64,000 bases of DNA from Octopus sinensis. Taxonomy: Eukaryota. Of the stretch, positions 52,250 through 64,000 are shown in pieces. The translations under genes and the position numbers were made by a program. Location: the NCBI RefSeq assembly GCF_006345805.1, contig NC_043005.1:91078001-91142000 (forward strand). Reading direction: 5' to 3'. A model generated the notes under the pieces. It was not told where the DNA came from, ran no database searches, and saw only the letters and a program-made list of their open reading frames with translations. Within the stretch, counting starts at the first letter, position 1. Each line of letters opens with the position of its first letter.

Positions 52250-52840
52250 CTGAAAGATGAACAAATTTAATTGGTTGATTCAGTTAACGAGATAAAAGTC
52301 GCACACACACATACACATACACACATGCACACACGCACACACATATACACACACACGCATATATATAACTGAGAATTGGGTGTCTGTCTGTCTGCATCAC
52401 TAAAACCTAAGAACTACCCAACAGATTTCATTCAAATTTTACACATGCCCACATGCCTTACTTAGCGTCCATGCAGTGTCATGGACCCCAAAAAATTCAA
52501 ACTTCTTCCCTAATTCCTTCTTCCGATCCCAGAGGAATCTCTTATTTCTTACTCTATTTCAGGATTACGTGTCAAATGTGAAACAATAATGTGAGATATT
52601 TTCAGTTTTAAGTTTCACAATTCATACTGAAACTATTAAAAGTGAAACTATTATCTCACATACATACATACACACACATACACACACATATATATATATA
52701 GAGAGAGAGATTTATATGTATATATGTGTATATATGTATATATATATATGTATATCTATATATACATACATATATATATATATACATATATATATATACG
52801 TATATATATACATATATATATGTATGTATAAATATATGTA

Positions 52841-53170
52841 TGCGCATGACTAAGTGGTTAGAGCGTCGAGCTTACGACCGTGAGGCTTTGAGTTCGAATC
52901 CCGGACTGGGCTGCGTGTTGTGTTCTTGACAAAGACACTTTATTTCACTTTGCTCCAGTTCACTCAGCTGTAGAAATAAGTTGCGACGTCACAGGTGCCA
53001 GAATGTATCGGCCTTTGCCTTTCCCTTGGATGACATCGGTGGTGTAAAGAGGGGAGGCTGGTATGCATGGGTGACTGCTAGTCTTCCATAAACAACCTTA
53101 CCCGGACTTTTGCTTGGGACTGTAACTTTCTAGGTACAATCCCATGGTCATTCGTGACCGAAGGCGGTCT
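52841..53170 (+). mobile_element. tRNA-derived SINE of another family (GCGCATGACTAAGTGGTTAGAGCG...)
   Basis: A/B-box-like head; homologous copies at ~3340-3660 (+) and ~2770-2965 (-). Confidence 0.85.
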
Positions 53171-53330
53171 CCATACATGTATGCATGTATATATGAGTAT
53201 ATACATGCGTAGATATATATATATGTATATATATGTATATATATAGATGTATATGTATAGATGTATATGTATAGATGTATGTATATAGATTTATATGTAT
53301 ATATGTATGTATTATATATATATATGTATA

Positions 53331-53374
<44 letters not shown>

Positions 53375-53824
53375 GTGTGTGTATATATGTATGCATGCAT
53401 GCATGTATGTATGGCAAATGAAAGACGGGAGATGGAATATACGAGAATTTATTATTAATCACTACAATTGTTTCTGAGGGAGTTGACAGAATCATAGTGG
53501 GTATAGCCATAAAATGTGTCAAGATTAGTTTGAAGTAATGATTGCATTGTTCAATTAAATGGAATCGCTTGAAACGATCGTACTGCATCACCTCTGGATA
53601 TCCTGTTGCTTATTTTAATTTTATTCACCTTATTTGAAACTGTACAGATAATTCCGCACTAATTTTTGGTGCCTCAACATAAGTACCTAATTCATCTGAA
53701 TCTCAATTATTTTGCTTTTATATATATGCGTGTGTGTGTGGGAGGGTGTTTGTGTGTGTGTGTGTGTGTGTGTAAAGATATATATATATATATTTACACA
53801 TAGACATATATATATAAATATATG

Positions 53825-53908
<84 letters not shown>

Positions 53909-53940
53909 CATACATACATACATACATGCATACGTGTATG

Positions 53941-53974
<34 letters not shown>

Positions 53975-55062
53975 TGCATGTATATTTATATGAACGGTGA
54001 CCCAACATGGCTACAGTCTAATGACTGAAACAAGTAAGACATAAAAGATAAATCTTCAGAGAGAGTAGGGGAGCTTTAAAATAGTATGAGACCAAAAGAT
54101 CACCAAATAGAGAATCGAGCAGTTTTAGGCACATCAGATCATTCGCCCTTATGCCTATGTAATGGCTTCTATACAACACAAGTCCAGAACTTAGGTTGAT
54201 TTCAGCATTTCATTGATGCTTTATTTTATCCTTAAAAGCAGAAAATGGAAAGAGGACTTGGACGTAATTTAGATTAAGAAACCCGGTGATATATAACTAA
54301 ATACTGTAAAATATATCTACCGCTTCTCCCACTCTAGCAGCATTTTAAATCCCAATATTTATCGAGTAAGGGCATTAACATCAGCCTCTGAGATCAGTTA
54401 AAGATCTCTTCTATCTTTATTTGTTTCAGCCATTTGACTGTGATCAAGTTTAAATCACTGCCTTCGAAGATTCAATCGAACAAATTGACCTCAGTACATT
54501 TTTTTAAAAGTATAATACTTATTTCATCCGTTCCATTTTGCCGGAGACGTAAACAAACTAACACTGGCCGTCAAGCGGTGGGTGAGACAAACCCAGATAG
54601 AATCACACACACATACACACACATGCACACACACACACACGCACCTATTTATAGATAGATAGATAGATACATACATACATACATACATACATACATACAT
54701 AATACATACATACATACGTACACACACCACATACACACATACATATACATACATACACACATACATACATACATACATACATACATACATACATACATAC
54801 ATACATACATACATACATACACGACAGTCTTCCATTCAGTTTCCGTCAAGCGAATTCACTCACAAAGCATTGGTAATCTCGGGCCTTCAGTAGAAGACTC
54901 TTGCCTAGGGTGCCGTGTAGCTGGACTGGACCCCAAACCAAAGAGTCGCAAAGGAGGCTTCTTAACAACAGAGCCATAAAAACAAAAGCATGAAGTAATC
55001 ATAAGCAATCAAATTAATCAGTAACCAGACAAAATAATTTGTTTTAAAGGTTTTTCACTCAC

Positions 55063-55198
55063 GGTTCTGGTGTGTAGAAAGGATCGGAACTATGGCGAAT
55101 ATATTGGGTGCAATGAAACACACGGAACGCTAGCCCAGCTAGAAAGTCTCTTGAAGACAAATATCCTGCCACAGGGCGAACAGTGAACCCGGTTCTCT
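55063..55198 (-). CDS. TPH: TPH exon (136 nt): [44 protein letters not shown](P)
   Basis: ttccag acceptor, gtgagt donor; TPH-type GYLS and [11 protein letters not shown]; size equals PAH exon 7. Confidence 0.98.
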
Positions 55199-57008
55199 CT
55201 GGAAGTAAAGAAAATAAACAATCTAGAGGTTTCTTCCTAAAGAACATGAACTCGTTAGTTTGATTCTATTTACTTATTTATTGATTAGTCAGGTGGAAAG
55301 GCGGTGTCCATAATCTTTTACAAGGCTAGTAGGAGAGAGAGGAAAGTAGCCTTAAACCAGTAACCTGACCGAAATGCTTCTAACAGAGTGTACTCCACTA
55401 AAGTTGCCCAAGGACTTACGTCTACCACCTACGTTTTTCATGGCAGGACTTGAATTTAGAATGTAGGGATCAGGAACAAATACTGTAAAGTATTTGGTCC
55501 GATATTACAGTTCTGCTAATCCACCGTCCTAGGTTAATACTTTTGTATTGCCTCTGCGAAAGGATGACAAAGCTTACCTCGGTGGAATTTGAACTCAAGA
55601 CGGAGAGAATCGGAACAAACACTGCAATACGCTTTATCCGACCCCCTAATGACTCTTCCAGTTCAAGGAAGGTCGAGTAGAAAATCTGTCATACGATAAA
55701 GCAGAGTGTCAGGTTTCGGATTCATTCGAGAGAAAGTAACATCGCACATCTAATCTGGTCAGCAAATAATTGGAGTACACAGAAAGTATAGTCGATGTTT
55801 TGACAACAGCAACTTCCTGGCTGCGTCTATATAGAGTAAAGTGAGATGACCATCAGCTTTCAGAAGTTTGAATGAACCAAAAGAGGCGGCCTCTAAGTGA
55901 TCGCTCGTTCTGCTAGAGACAGCAGCCAAATCTTCTTCAAATCATATCTTACTGTTTTAAATAAATCACAGCCGTAGGTTGCGAGACAGTATGACTCTTT
56001 GGTATATACTTTTGCAAATTATTTTAGGTGATTATGTAGTCGGGAGTACACATACATACACCCTCTCGACCCACCAACTTTGACTCCGCAGAACTTCCAA
56101 GATGTAATAGGTGGAGGGTGCAGGTGCTGCATTAGTAAACGTCTGGTGCTAAGTAGATTGTAGCACGAAAAATGAAGTATCTTGCTCCAAGATACACCTT
56201 ACCGTCTATTTCAGATATCGAACCTACACCCTTCCGAGCTCAGCACCCTAATCACTATGTTACGCACTTTTTCTGAACAAGGCTGTAATATGACAATGTT
56301 AGATACAGTAGCTCTGAAAAAAGGCAATAGCCTCGGTTGCGATTCCTTTGATCACGGACCGGCTCGATCAGAGATGACCTAGAGCTAGAGAGAAGCAATA
56401 AAAATTAACGGAGTGAGGGAAACTGAACAGTCACTCGACACACAATAAAGAGCAGTCAAATCGATTGATTAATCGTTTAACTAAACTGTGCCATGAATTT
56501 TTGTGGTTTATTAAATCATACTAATGCTTCAGTATCTTAAAAAACATGTTATTCCTATTTCGTTATGCAACAAGTGTGATTAAGAAAACACGATAAACAA
56601 TTGATTTCTTTTCTCATTTTTAACTTTGAAACAGTTTCATTTAACTTTCCATGCAAAGTAGGGGGGGTATGTAAGAGAAGTAAGAAATTAAGGAGGAGTA
56701 AAAGAGGATTGAATAATAAGAAGGGGATAAGAGAAGAGACATAATTAAATCTCGAAAGCAATGAATGCGTTGCGGTCAGATATGATATGGTGAGTTGAAA
56801 GCTTTCGATCAACTTAGATTATGAAAGAATTTACAAAAAATATTCCAGCCATCTGGAGTGTTTTACATTTAAAAAGCAAGGATGATAACGTCAATAAGAT
56901 AAGTTAATTGAATTTTTCTAAAATAAAGACAGCAGTGCAAATTTCAAGCGAATGTACATATCTAAAGCAAGAAATAACAACACAATTTTGTTATATGCAA
57001 AAGCTTAC

Positions 57009-57055
57009 CTTTGAGAAATTTTGAAACATCCTCGAGTTGTGGGATATTGTTCTCT
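57009..57055 (-). CDS. TPH: TPH exon (47 nt): ENNIPQLEDVSKFLK(E)
   Basis: tttttacag acceptor, gtaagc donor; invariant IPQLEDVS motif; in phase. Confidence 0.96.
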
Positions 57056-57461
57056 CTGTAAAAATAGTTTAATAGATTCCGTTCATTGTCAGTTGTTTAA
57101 AGAGATTCAAAGAAGTATTCATAGTAAAATAATGTTTTCAAATTTTGGCAAAAGGCCAGAAATTCCCGGAAAAGAGAATAGCCGGTTGCATCAACCCCAG
57201 TAATTGACTGGTACTTTATTTTATTGACTGCGAAAGGATGAAGGGCAAAATTGTCCTCAGCAAAATTTGAACAAAGAATGTAATGATTAGAAATGCCGGC
57301 AAGCATTTTGTCCGACGCAAATATATATATATATATATATGATTTTGTCCGGCGTGCTAACGATTCTGCCAGCTCGACGCCTTACAACTCAAATCGCCAG
57401 GAAACGTACGACAACACTATTCTTCCAGTCACCAATCAAATCCACAAACTATAACGGTTAC

Positions 57462-57560
57462 CTGTAGCCACAATATTTCATTAGCAATGGTAGATTCTTC
57501 AGATGCTGCTTGCAGGAGTACGTCGGGTAAAGCTTGTTTAGTTCTCTGAAGACAGTGCTC
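57462..57560 (-). CDS. TPH: TPH exon (99 nt): [32 protein letters not shown](R)
   Basis: ttgcag acceptor, gtaacc donor; aligns to [33 protein letters not shown]. Confidence 0.95.
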
Positions 57561-57890
57561 CTGCAATAACATAACGACGATGGTCAGAAATACATATTTC
57601 ATTCAGTTCAAAGCATTATCTACGTGTGTGTGTGTGGGGGGGTCTATTTTCGTGTATGGATTAATCTTGGCATGTGTACATGCACGGCGAAATTACCTAG
57701 GTGCATTTACGTCTTTACAAGCAGGTGACTTCGTGTGAGTAAGTGTATGCGTTCCTGTGTAAGGTACATGTTGGGATACAGGTGTAATTACACGTATCGA
57801 AGTGAATAAACCGGTGCGTTTATGTATGCATGCGTACATACATACATTCATACATACATATATAGAGATAAATACACACACACACACACA

Positions 57891-57928
<38 letters not shown>

Positions 57929-58119
57929 CATAGAAGTGTGAGTGCTGTGCGTGGGATTACAGTGGTCAGCCAGGGTTGATTAAGGGTTGAGCAGTGAGCT
58001 GGATTGTGTCAGGAGAGTTAGAGACAGAGGTAAGTTTAGGGGGTTCCCTATTGTTATGGGGCGTAAATAGTTCTAGTTTGATTTTCAGTCTAGTATTGGC
58101 GACTTAGGTAACTCTCTTG

Positions 58120-58620
58120 GAGAAACCACTAGTGCATAGGGTCTGGTTGTAGCAAGGGTCATGATTGTCAAAGATGTCTTCATTGACGGAAACGTTAAAT
58201 ATCCAAACATGCTTTTAATAATACTATTTAAAATGGATTTAGGGTGATAAAATCAGACGCTTATTTTTCATTAGTCTTATGGTAAGGGCAGTATAAGCTA
58301 TATTCAAAGTCGAGGGTAACGTTCAAGCATTTGGATATTTTAGTGCTACTTTCAAAAGAAACAGGAAGTTTATAGTTTTGAAGAAATTTGTGGAGGTTTT
58401 CCGGGTGTTCTTAATGCTTGACATCAAGCTCCCAGTGAATGTGAAGAGAGCCTCATCTCTATACAGACCCCCACAAAGATCGGGGAAATATTCATTAACT
58501 TGTGATAGAATAAACAGACCCACCATATCGGTAACTTAGGCAGAGGAGTACATCATAATATCAAAGTAGTAGATGCTACAATTTCGTGTTCGATATTTGT
58601 CGTTAAATGAGAGGAATGAT
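58120..58620 (-). mobile_element. Degenerate Penelope-like reverse transcriptase fragment in a TPH intron
   Basis: VTDMVGLFILSQVNEYFPDLCGGLYRDEAL... resembles the PLE RT catalytic region (GLYRDD); downstream ...NEDIFDNHDPCYN... also fits; stops and frameshifts. Confidence 0.72.
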
Positions 58621-58906
58621 TTTCGTACCGTTTAAAATAATATCGATGTTAGAGTGAGAGAGGAGTGAAAGCTTCCTGGTAAATATTAAGGCTTTATGGG
58701 GAAGACAGAAGTATCGTAGGTGGAAACATCAAACTAAAGGAAGGTAGTATTAGATTTATTAGGGAGGATATAGGACTAGGTGCTGTTCCAGAGGATAAGT
58801 CTAACCTTATTTTTTTTACTGAGGATAATTCTGTCGAAAATACATTTGCTAACAGGTGTTAGCAAACTTTGTAAAATAAAATAAATGTATATTATCGAAT
58901 ATTTAC

Positions 58907-58957
58907 CAAGTGCTTACTTCTTCTGCTGTGTATTCAACCCTTGGTATTGGTTGGCCA
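58907..58957 (-). CDS. TPH: TPH exon (51 nt): GQPIPRVEYTAEEVST(W)
   Basis: ctttcag acceptor, gtaaat donor; phase 2 to phase 2, fits both neighbours; conserved PIPRVEY motif. Confidence 0.95.
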
Positions 58958-59205
58958 CTGAAAGTAAATTGATTTACATTTCACAATTTACCGAAACAAG
59001 TGGTACCTATCATGACCAAGTCTACGACACGTAACAAACATACTGCTGGAATTTAAATCTTTCACCCTTTACAACCAATATGTTGTTAAAGAATAATAAA
59101 TTTGTTCTCTAGAAAAAGTATTGAGTAACCCTTTAATTTAATGTAAAAAAAATTGTTATTATTACTTCGCATAAAAACAAACATTTAACACGAAATGTGT
59201 GTGTG

Positions 59206-59248
<43 letters not shown>

Positions 59249-59264
59249 ATATACACGAGCACAG

Positions 59265-59339
<75 letters not shown>

Positions 59340-59417
59340 ATGTCTGTTTACTGTTGAAAAGTGAGAAGTAACTTTTCGTCTGGGAAACATCCATATTAAC
59401 TGACGCACTGGGTTTCA

Positions 59418-59505
<88 letters not shown>

Positions 59506-60048
59506 ATATATATATATATATGTATATTATATAATATATTATTATATACATAATATAATATAATATATTTGAGAGCTAGGCGACTGAAGCCAGTCCGGAA
59601 TTTACTTGCAAGAGCGTCAGATGCGTATTTCGTCTGTCACGTATAGGTATCACTTCCGAAACGAGATCGAATCGGCCAGTTTGAAGTATACAGTGATAAT
59701 GTATAAACAATACATTGGTCTGCAACGGCTGTAGACAATTCGAAATATTCAATAGGAGCAACTCTAGAGTAAAATCTTAATCTATATAACATACTTAACG
59801 TACGTGCATCATCTGAAAGCCAGAATGGTCACCCTCAGGGCTATACCGTTTCGCTTAACTCTGAAGCATGTTGTGCTTTTAACATATTACATTTATAAAG
59901 GGATTTTTCCTAGATGAAAATCTGCAACTGTTGACTTTTTAATAATACACATACAGTATGTTATATAGATACAGATTTTACTCTAGAGATGATTCTACTA
60001 CAAATTTCGAATATAATACACACACACACACACACACCACACACACAC

Positions 60049-60128
<80 letters not shown>

Positions 60129-60134
60129 GCATAT

Positions 60135-60177
<43 letters not shown>

Positions 60178-60520
60178 CATACATACATCATACATACATG
60201 CACATGTTTAATAAATAAATACTTAGTATCACTGTAAAATTAGTACACGTGTTTTAAGATACAGTATCTTGGAGACAAAACAAATTTATTTCAGACATCG
60301 AACGTACATCTATAGTAGGAATTAGAACATAAATTATAATAAATTTCTTTACACTATATAACAGTATAGTGCATAGCGTATGAAAAATGCAGGATTTATC
60401 GCGCAGCGGATACATTAAGTATATGTTAGTTTTACGTTAGATAAACCACAAATTTACGAGGTTTGCCAAACTTCCCAAAGCCAGAAATATGAAAACACAA
60501 ACACGAGCAAAAATACTCAC

Positions 60521-60588
60521 TGTTTATAATTATAAGCAATTTCGGCAAATTTTATCCTACGTTGTCTGTACACTGGATCCTTGAAGCC
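60521..60588 (-). CDS. TPH: Tryptophan hydroxylase exon (68 nt; first exon inside the window): GFKDPVYRQRRIKFAEIAYNYK(H)
   Basis: tttcag acceptor, gtgagt donor. Peptide matches the aromatic amino acid hydroxylase GFKD.VYR.RR..FA.IA.NYKH block; size equals human PAH exon 5 (68 nt). Confidence 0.95.
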
Positions 60589-60966
60589 CTGAAATTTATA
60601 TAAAAATATAACAATTTAATTAATTTATTTTTCTTTAATTATTTCAGTCATTGTATCGCGGCCATGCTGGAGTACCGCCTTGAAGGGTTTAAATCGAATA
60701 AATCAATCCGAGTACTATGTTGTCTTTGAAAGTCTGACATTTATTCTATCGGTGTGATTTGCCGAACCGCCATGTTATGGGGATGTAAACAAACTAACAC
60801 CAGTTGGCAATCAAGGAGATTGAGGAGAGAACACGGACCCAAAAAGTAGACACACACACACATGCATGCATGCATATATATATATACTTTGATACTTTGA
60901 TACTTGGATAGGTTTCGGCCATTATTGCCCAGGCCATGTCTAACTTAATAGCACCACCTGGGTTTT

Positions 60967-61008
<42 letters not shown>

Positions 61009-61011
61009 ATA

Positions 61012-61205
61012 AGCATAATTATAATTAGGGTTTAGCAAAAATTGTTTCACCACATACCGAAATTTAGAAATAGCAGTTAAATACTATTCCACTACCATAC
61101 AATATACTCTCTCAACTCACGCAGGTAAGGAGAAAAAAGAATAACGAATCCACTCGGCTTTGATTTTTTTTTTCTTTTTTGCTAAACCCTAATTATAATT
61201 ATGCT
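61012..61205. mobile_element. ~194-bp palindromic MITE-like element
   Basis: AGCATAATTATAATTAGGGTTTAGCAAAAA ... TTTTTGCTAAACCCTAATTATAATTATGCT, 30-bp perfect inverted ends. Confidence 0.8.
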
Positions 61206-61871
61206 CGTAATTATAGAATGTTTGTATAAGGTTACCGATAATGGTTCTTTTAACATACCGAACTACTTTGTAAAATTATTAATTATTAATTGATTAATTA
61301 ATTTTACCCTTTATCATATATATATTATATATATATATATATATACCGGGCTTCCACACAGTTTCCGACGACCAAAATCACTCACAAAGAATTGATCGAC
61401 ACGGAAACTGCGCTTGCGCGGTGAATTTGAAAAATTATAATGTATAACGATGAGAACGTGTTATTCGTCTCTTAATTATATGTTAGTGTTATGGCACAGT
61501 CACTGATGAGAAATTTCGCCTAGCAAATTATTTTATTTGCTAAGAAAATTTTTAAACCTAGTTCTGACCGGATTAAAATAACAAGGTAAAAGTTTTTATT
61601 TTTCATTCCTTTCGAAGATTGCTCTTAAATGTAGTTTTGGTCATTTTGACTACTTCTAGCGTGTAAAAACTGCCTGTTGAAGGCAGTTTTCTCTTGATAT
61701 GTACACTATTTCATATTGAGAATATGTTGTCTATTGACTTTTTATACATGCTAGGCCACTGGTAGTGACTTTTCTATAAAAAACTCACAACCCTATATTT
61801 TACGTGTATATATATATATATATATAATAGTAAAAATGTGTTTTGAATGACACAACAATGCACTATAATAG

Positions 61872-61950
61872 CAACAATGGACTATAATAATTGGTGTAAT
61901 TTAACCATCATTAATGATTAAATTACACCAGGTATTATAGTCCATTGTTG
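61872..61950. other. 79-nt near-perfect fold-back
   Basis: 18-bp perfect stem, 2x2 mismatch, 13-bp stem, 2-nt bulge, then the palindrome ATCATTAATGAT. Confidence 0.9.
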
Positions 61951-62031
61951 TGCCATTCAAAACACATTACTATTTATCATTATTGTTTACAAACAATACA
62001 CAATGCTTCAAGCGAACTACAATACTCTCCT

Positions 62032-62104
<73 letters not shown>

Positions 62105-62291
62105 ACGGACCTCCTTCACTTTCTATCTACTATCATATATACAGGTTTGGTCGGCCCGGAGCTATATGGAAGACACTTGATAAAGGTGCAACGCAGTGGG
62201 ACTGGACTCGGAATCATGTGATTGGGTTTGGGAGGTCAATCTCTCAAACACACAACCATTCTTGCGTCTTTAAATGTAGTTGTGTGTGTGT

Positions 62292-62337
<46 letters not shown>

Positions 62338-63380
62338 GGGGAAGGGAGAGGGGGAGGAGAGAGATAGACATAATGATAATGATATTCCTGCTCCTGAAAC
62401 AACGGACACCATAGAAACCATCGTGGTTTTCGGTCATCCTCGTCGTCATTGATATCGCAGTTATCGTCATCGTTGTCGTCGTCGTGGTCGATGTCGTCGT
62501 CGTCGCAATGAAAATCCAGATCATTGATATTATCAATGAGACGGCTGGAAATCACACGAACGATCTCTATCAATACCGGAGTAGTATAATTCCCATCCGA
62601 TTATACATCTCTGCAATATCAACATCATCAACACTGCTATGTATGTATGTATGTATGTATGCATGCATGCATGTATGTATGTATGTATGTATATATTGTA
62701 TGTATGTATGTATGTATGTATGTATATATGGATGTATGCATCTATGTATGTATGTATGTATGTATTGTATATTATGTATGTATGTATACATGTATGTATC
62801 TATGTATGTATGCATGTATGCATCATTTATGCATGTGTGTGTATATATATATATGCATATAAGTAGGTATTTAAGCATACGTATATTATATGTATGCATG
62901 CATGCAGCATTCTTTTGTTTTGGGTTGTTTTTTTTTGTTTGTTGTTGTTGTTTTTTTTCATATCTAATGACTTATCAAGCATTGCTACCAATCAAAAAAA
63001 CATGATTTCTGCCTTTGTATCTGAGACGAGTACGACGAGCGCCATTTGATTGACGAATTTGATTTATCTCTGTTTCTGGGCTGAGCGTAATTATCTCTGC
63101 TTCGTGGACAAACATGATTTCTTTCTATTTCTGAGATGATTTGGTGAGCGCCATTTGGCAAAAACCGAACTCTTCCAGATTAATGTTTCTAAATATATTC
63201 CATTCTGTATGACACTGGAATTTTCGCTTTCACCTCATTTACAAACATTGCAGGTGCACTAAATTCTTGACAGCACATAACTCTGAATTGTTATTGTTGC
63301 AGTTGTTGATGTTGTTGCTTCTGTTGTTGTTGTTGCTATTGCTGCTACTGCTGCTACTTCTGCTTCTGCTGCTGTTGCTG

Positions 63381-63762
63381 TTGAGCAAGCGGTCTTCGTC
63401 CCAGAGCTCGCAAGATCGCGCCTCTGTAGTGGGAGAAGTCCGAAACGTGGTCCTTTGCTATTCGTAAGACCCACAGAAGAGAAAGCAGGTCAACCCCCGA
63501 CACCGAGAGCATCGACGGATGGATGAATGCGCGTCCAGGCTCAGCGGTTGCGTAGGAAGTCGGGGACAAGAAACAGGAAGAAAGGGTGAGAGAAAGTTGG
63601 GGCGAAAGAGTACAACAGGGGTCGCCACCACCCCCTACCGGAGCCTCGTGGATCTTTAGGTGCTTTCGCTCAATAAACACACACAACGCCCGGTCTGGGA
63701 ATCGAAACCGCGATCCTCCGACCGCGAGTCCGCTTCCCTAACCATTGGGCCATTGCGCCTCC
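63381..63762 (-). mobile_element. Full-length tail-type-B SINE copy in a TPH intron
   Basis: Complete tRNA-like head GGAGGCGCAATGGCCCAATGGTTAGGG...TTTCGATTCCCAGACC; matches 21748-22102. Confidence 0.9.
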
Positions 63763-63869
63763 ATTGCTTCTGCTGCTGCCGCTGAAGCTGTTGTGGTTGT
63801 TGCTGTTGTTGCTCATGTTCTTGTTTAGGGATTAGGGATTTTGCCGGATTATCGATTATAATGATGAAA

Positions 63870-64000
63870 AACAGCTGCATTTTCGGTTGATTGCTTTTCA
63901 CCCCACCCTGCACGAAACCCATGTCAATCCTTGAAACGCTGCAGCCAGCCTTCACTGTAATCGCACCCGTATTCCAGTCCGAGTTCTTTATGGAATGTTT
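63870..64000 (-). mobile_element. Tigger/pogo transposase CENP-B-type HTH remnant (runs off window edge)
   Basis: Minus-strand frame TFHKELGLEYGCDYSEGWLQRFKD*HGF...GEKQSTENAA, matching the SEGWLQRFKxRHG motif. Confidence 0.7.

Noticed and set aside
63690-63762. tRNA-like sequences with A/B boxes (also ~700-780, ~14565-14640, ~27380-27450 and ~52841-52910)
   Set aside because: They continue directly into SINE bodies and lack a proper acceptor stem; SINE heads, not tRNA genes.
60589-64000. Search for the next upstream TPH exon (expected ~89 nt, VPWFP...ELDADHP) and regulatory-domain exons
   Set aside because: No matching sequence found on the minus strand; these exons must lie beyond the window.

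Overview
Gene-poor, repeat-saturated animal DNA. The microsatellite load and SINE repertoire look like an octopus/coleoid cephalopod, but the species is an inference. One host gene is clear: the 3' ~two thirds of a tryptophan 5-hydroxylase (TPH) gene on the minus strand. Nine GT-AG exons (60588 down to 40671) splice in phase into a 972-nt, 323-aa open frame with intact His/His/Glu iron ligands; the 5' exons lie beyond the window. One ~9.9-kb TPH intron holds a near-full-length Tx1/L1-clade LINE and a second, 5'-truncated relative. Both are joined directly to (TATC)n at both ends with no poly(A), which suggests a GATA-microsatellite-targeted retrotransposon. The same intron also contains an R4/Dong-like LINE remnant. 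The first 15.5 kb is a transposon graveyard: mariner, Hero/NeSL-like RT, tandem Gypsy gag, CR1-type endonuclease and a 2.4-kb minisatellite. Elsewhere there are modular and internally multimeric tRNA-derived SINEs, a Penelope terminus with a hammerhead-like fold, a MITE with an 8-bp TSD and a near-perfect 79-nt fold-back. No true tRNA, rRNA or CRISPR array was recognised. Family names come from remembered motifs, not database searches, and repeat boundaries are approximate.
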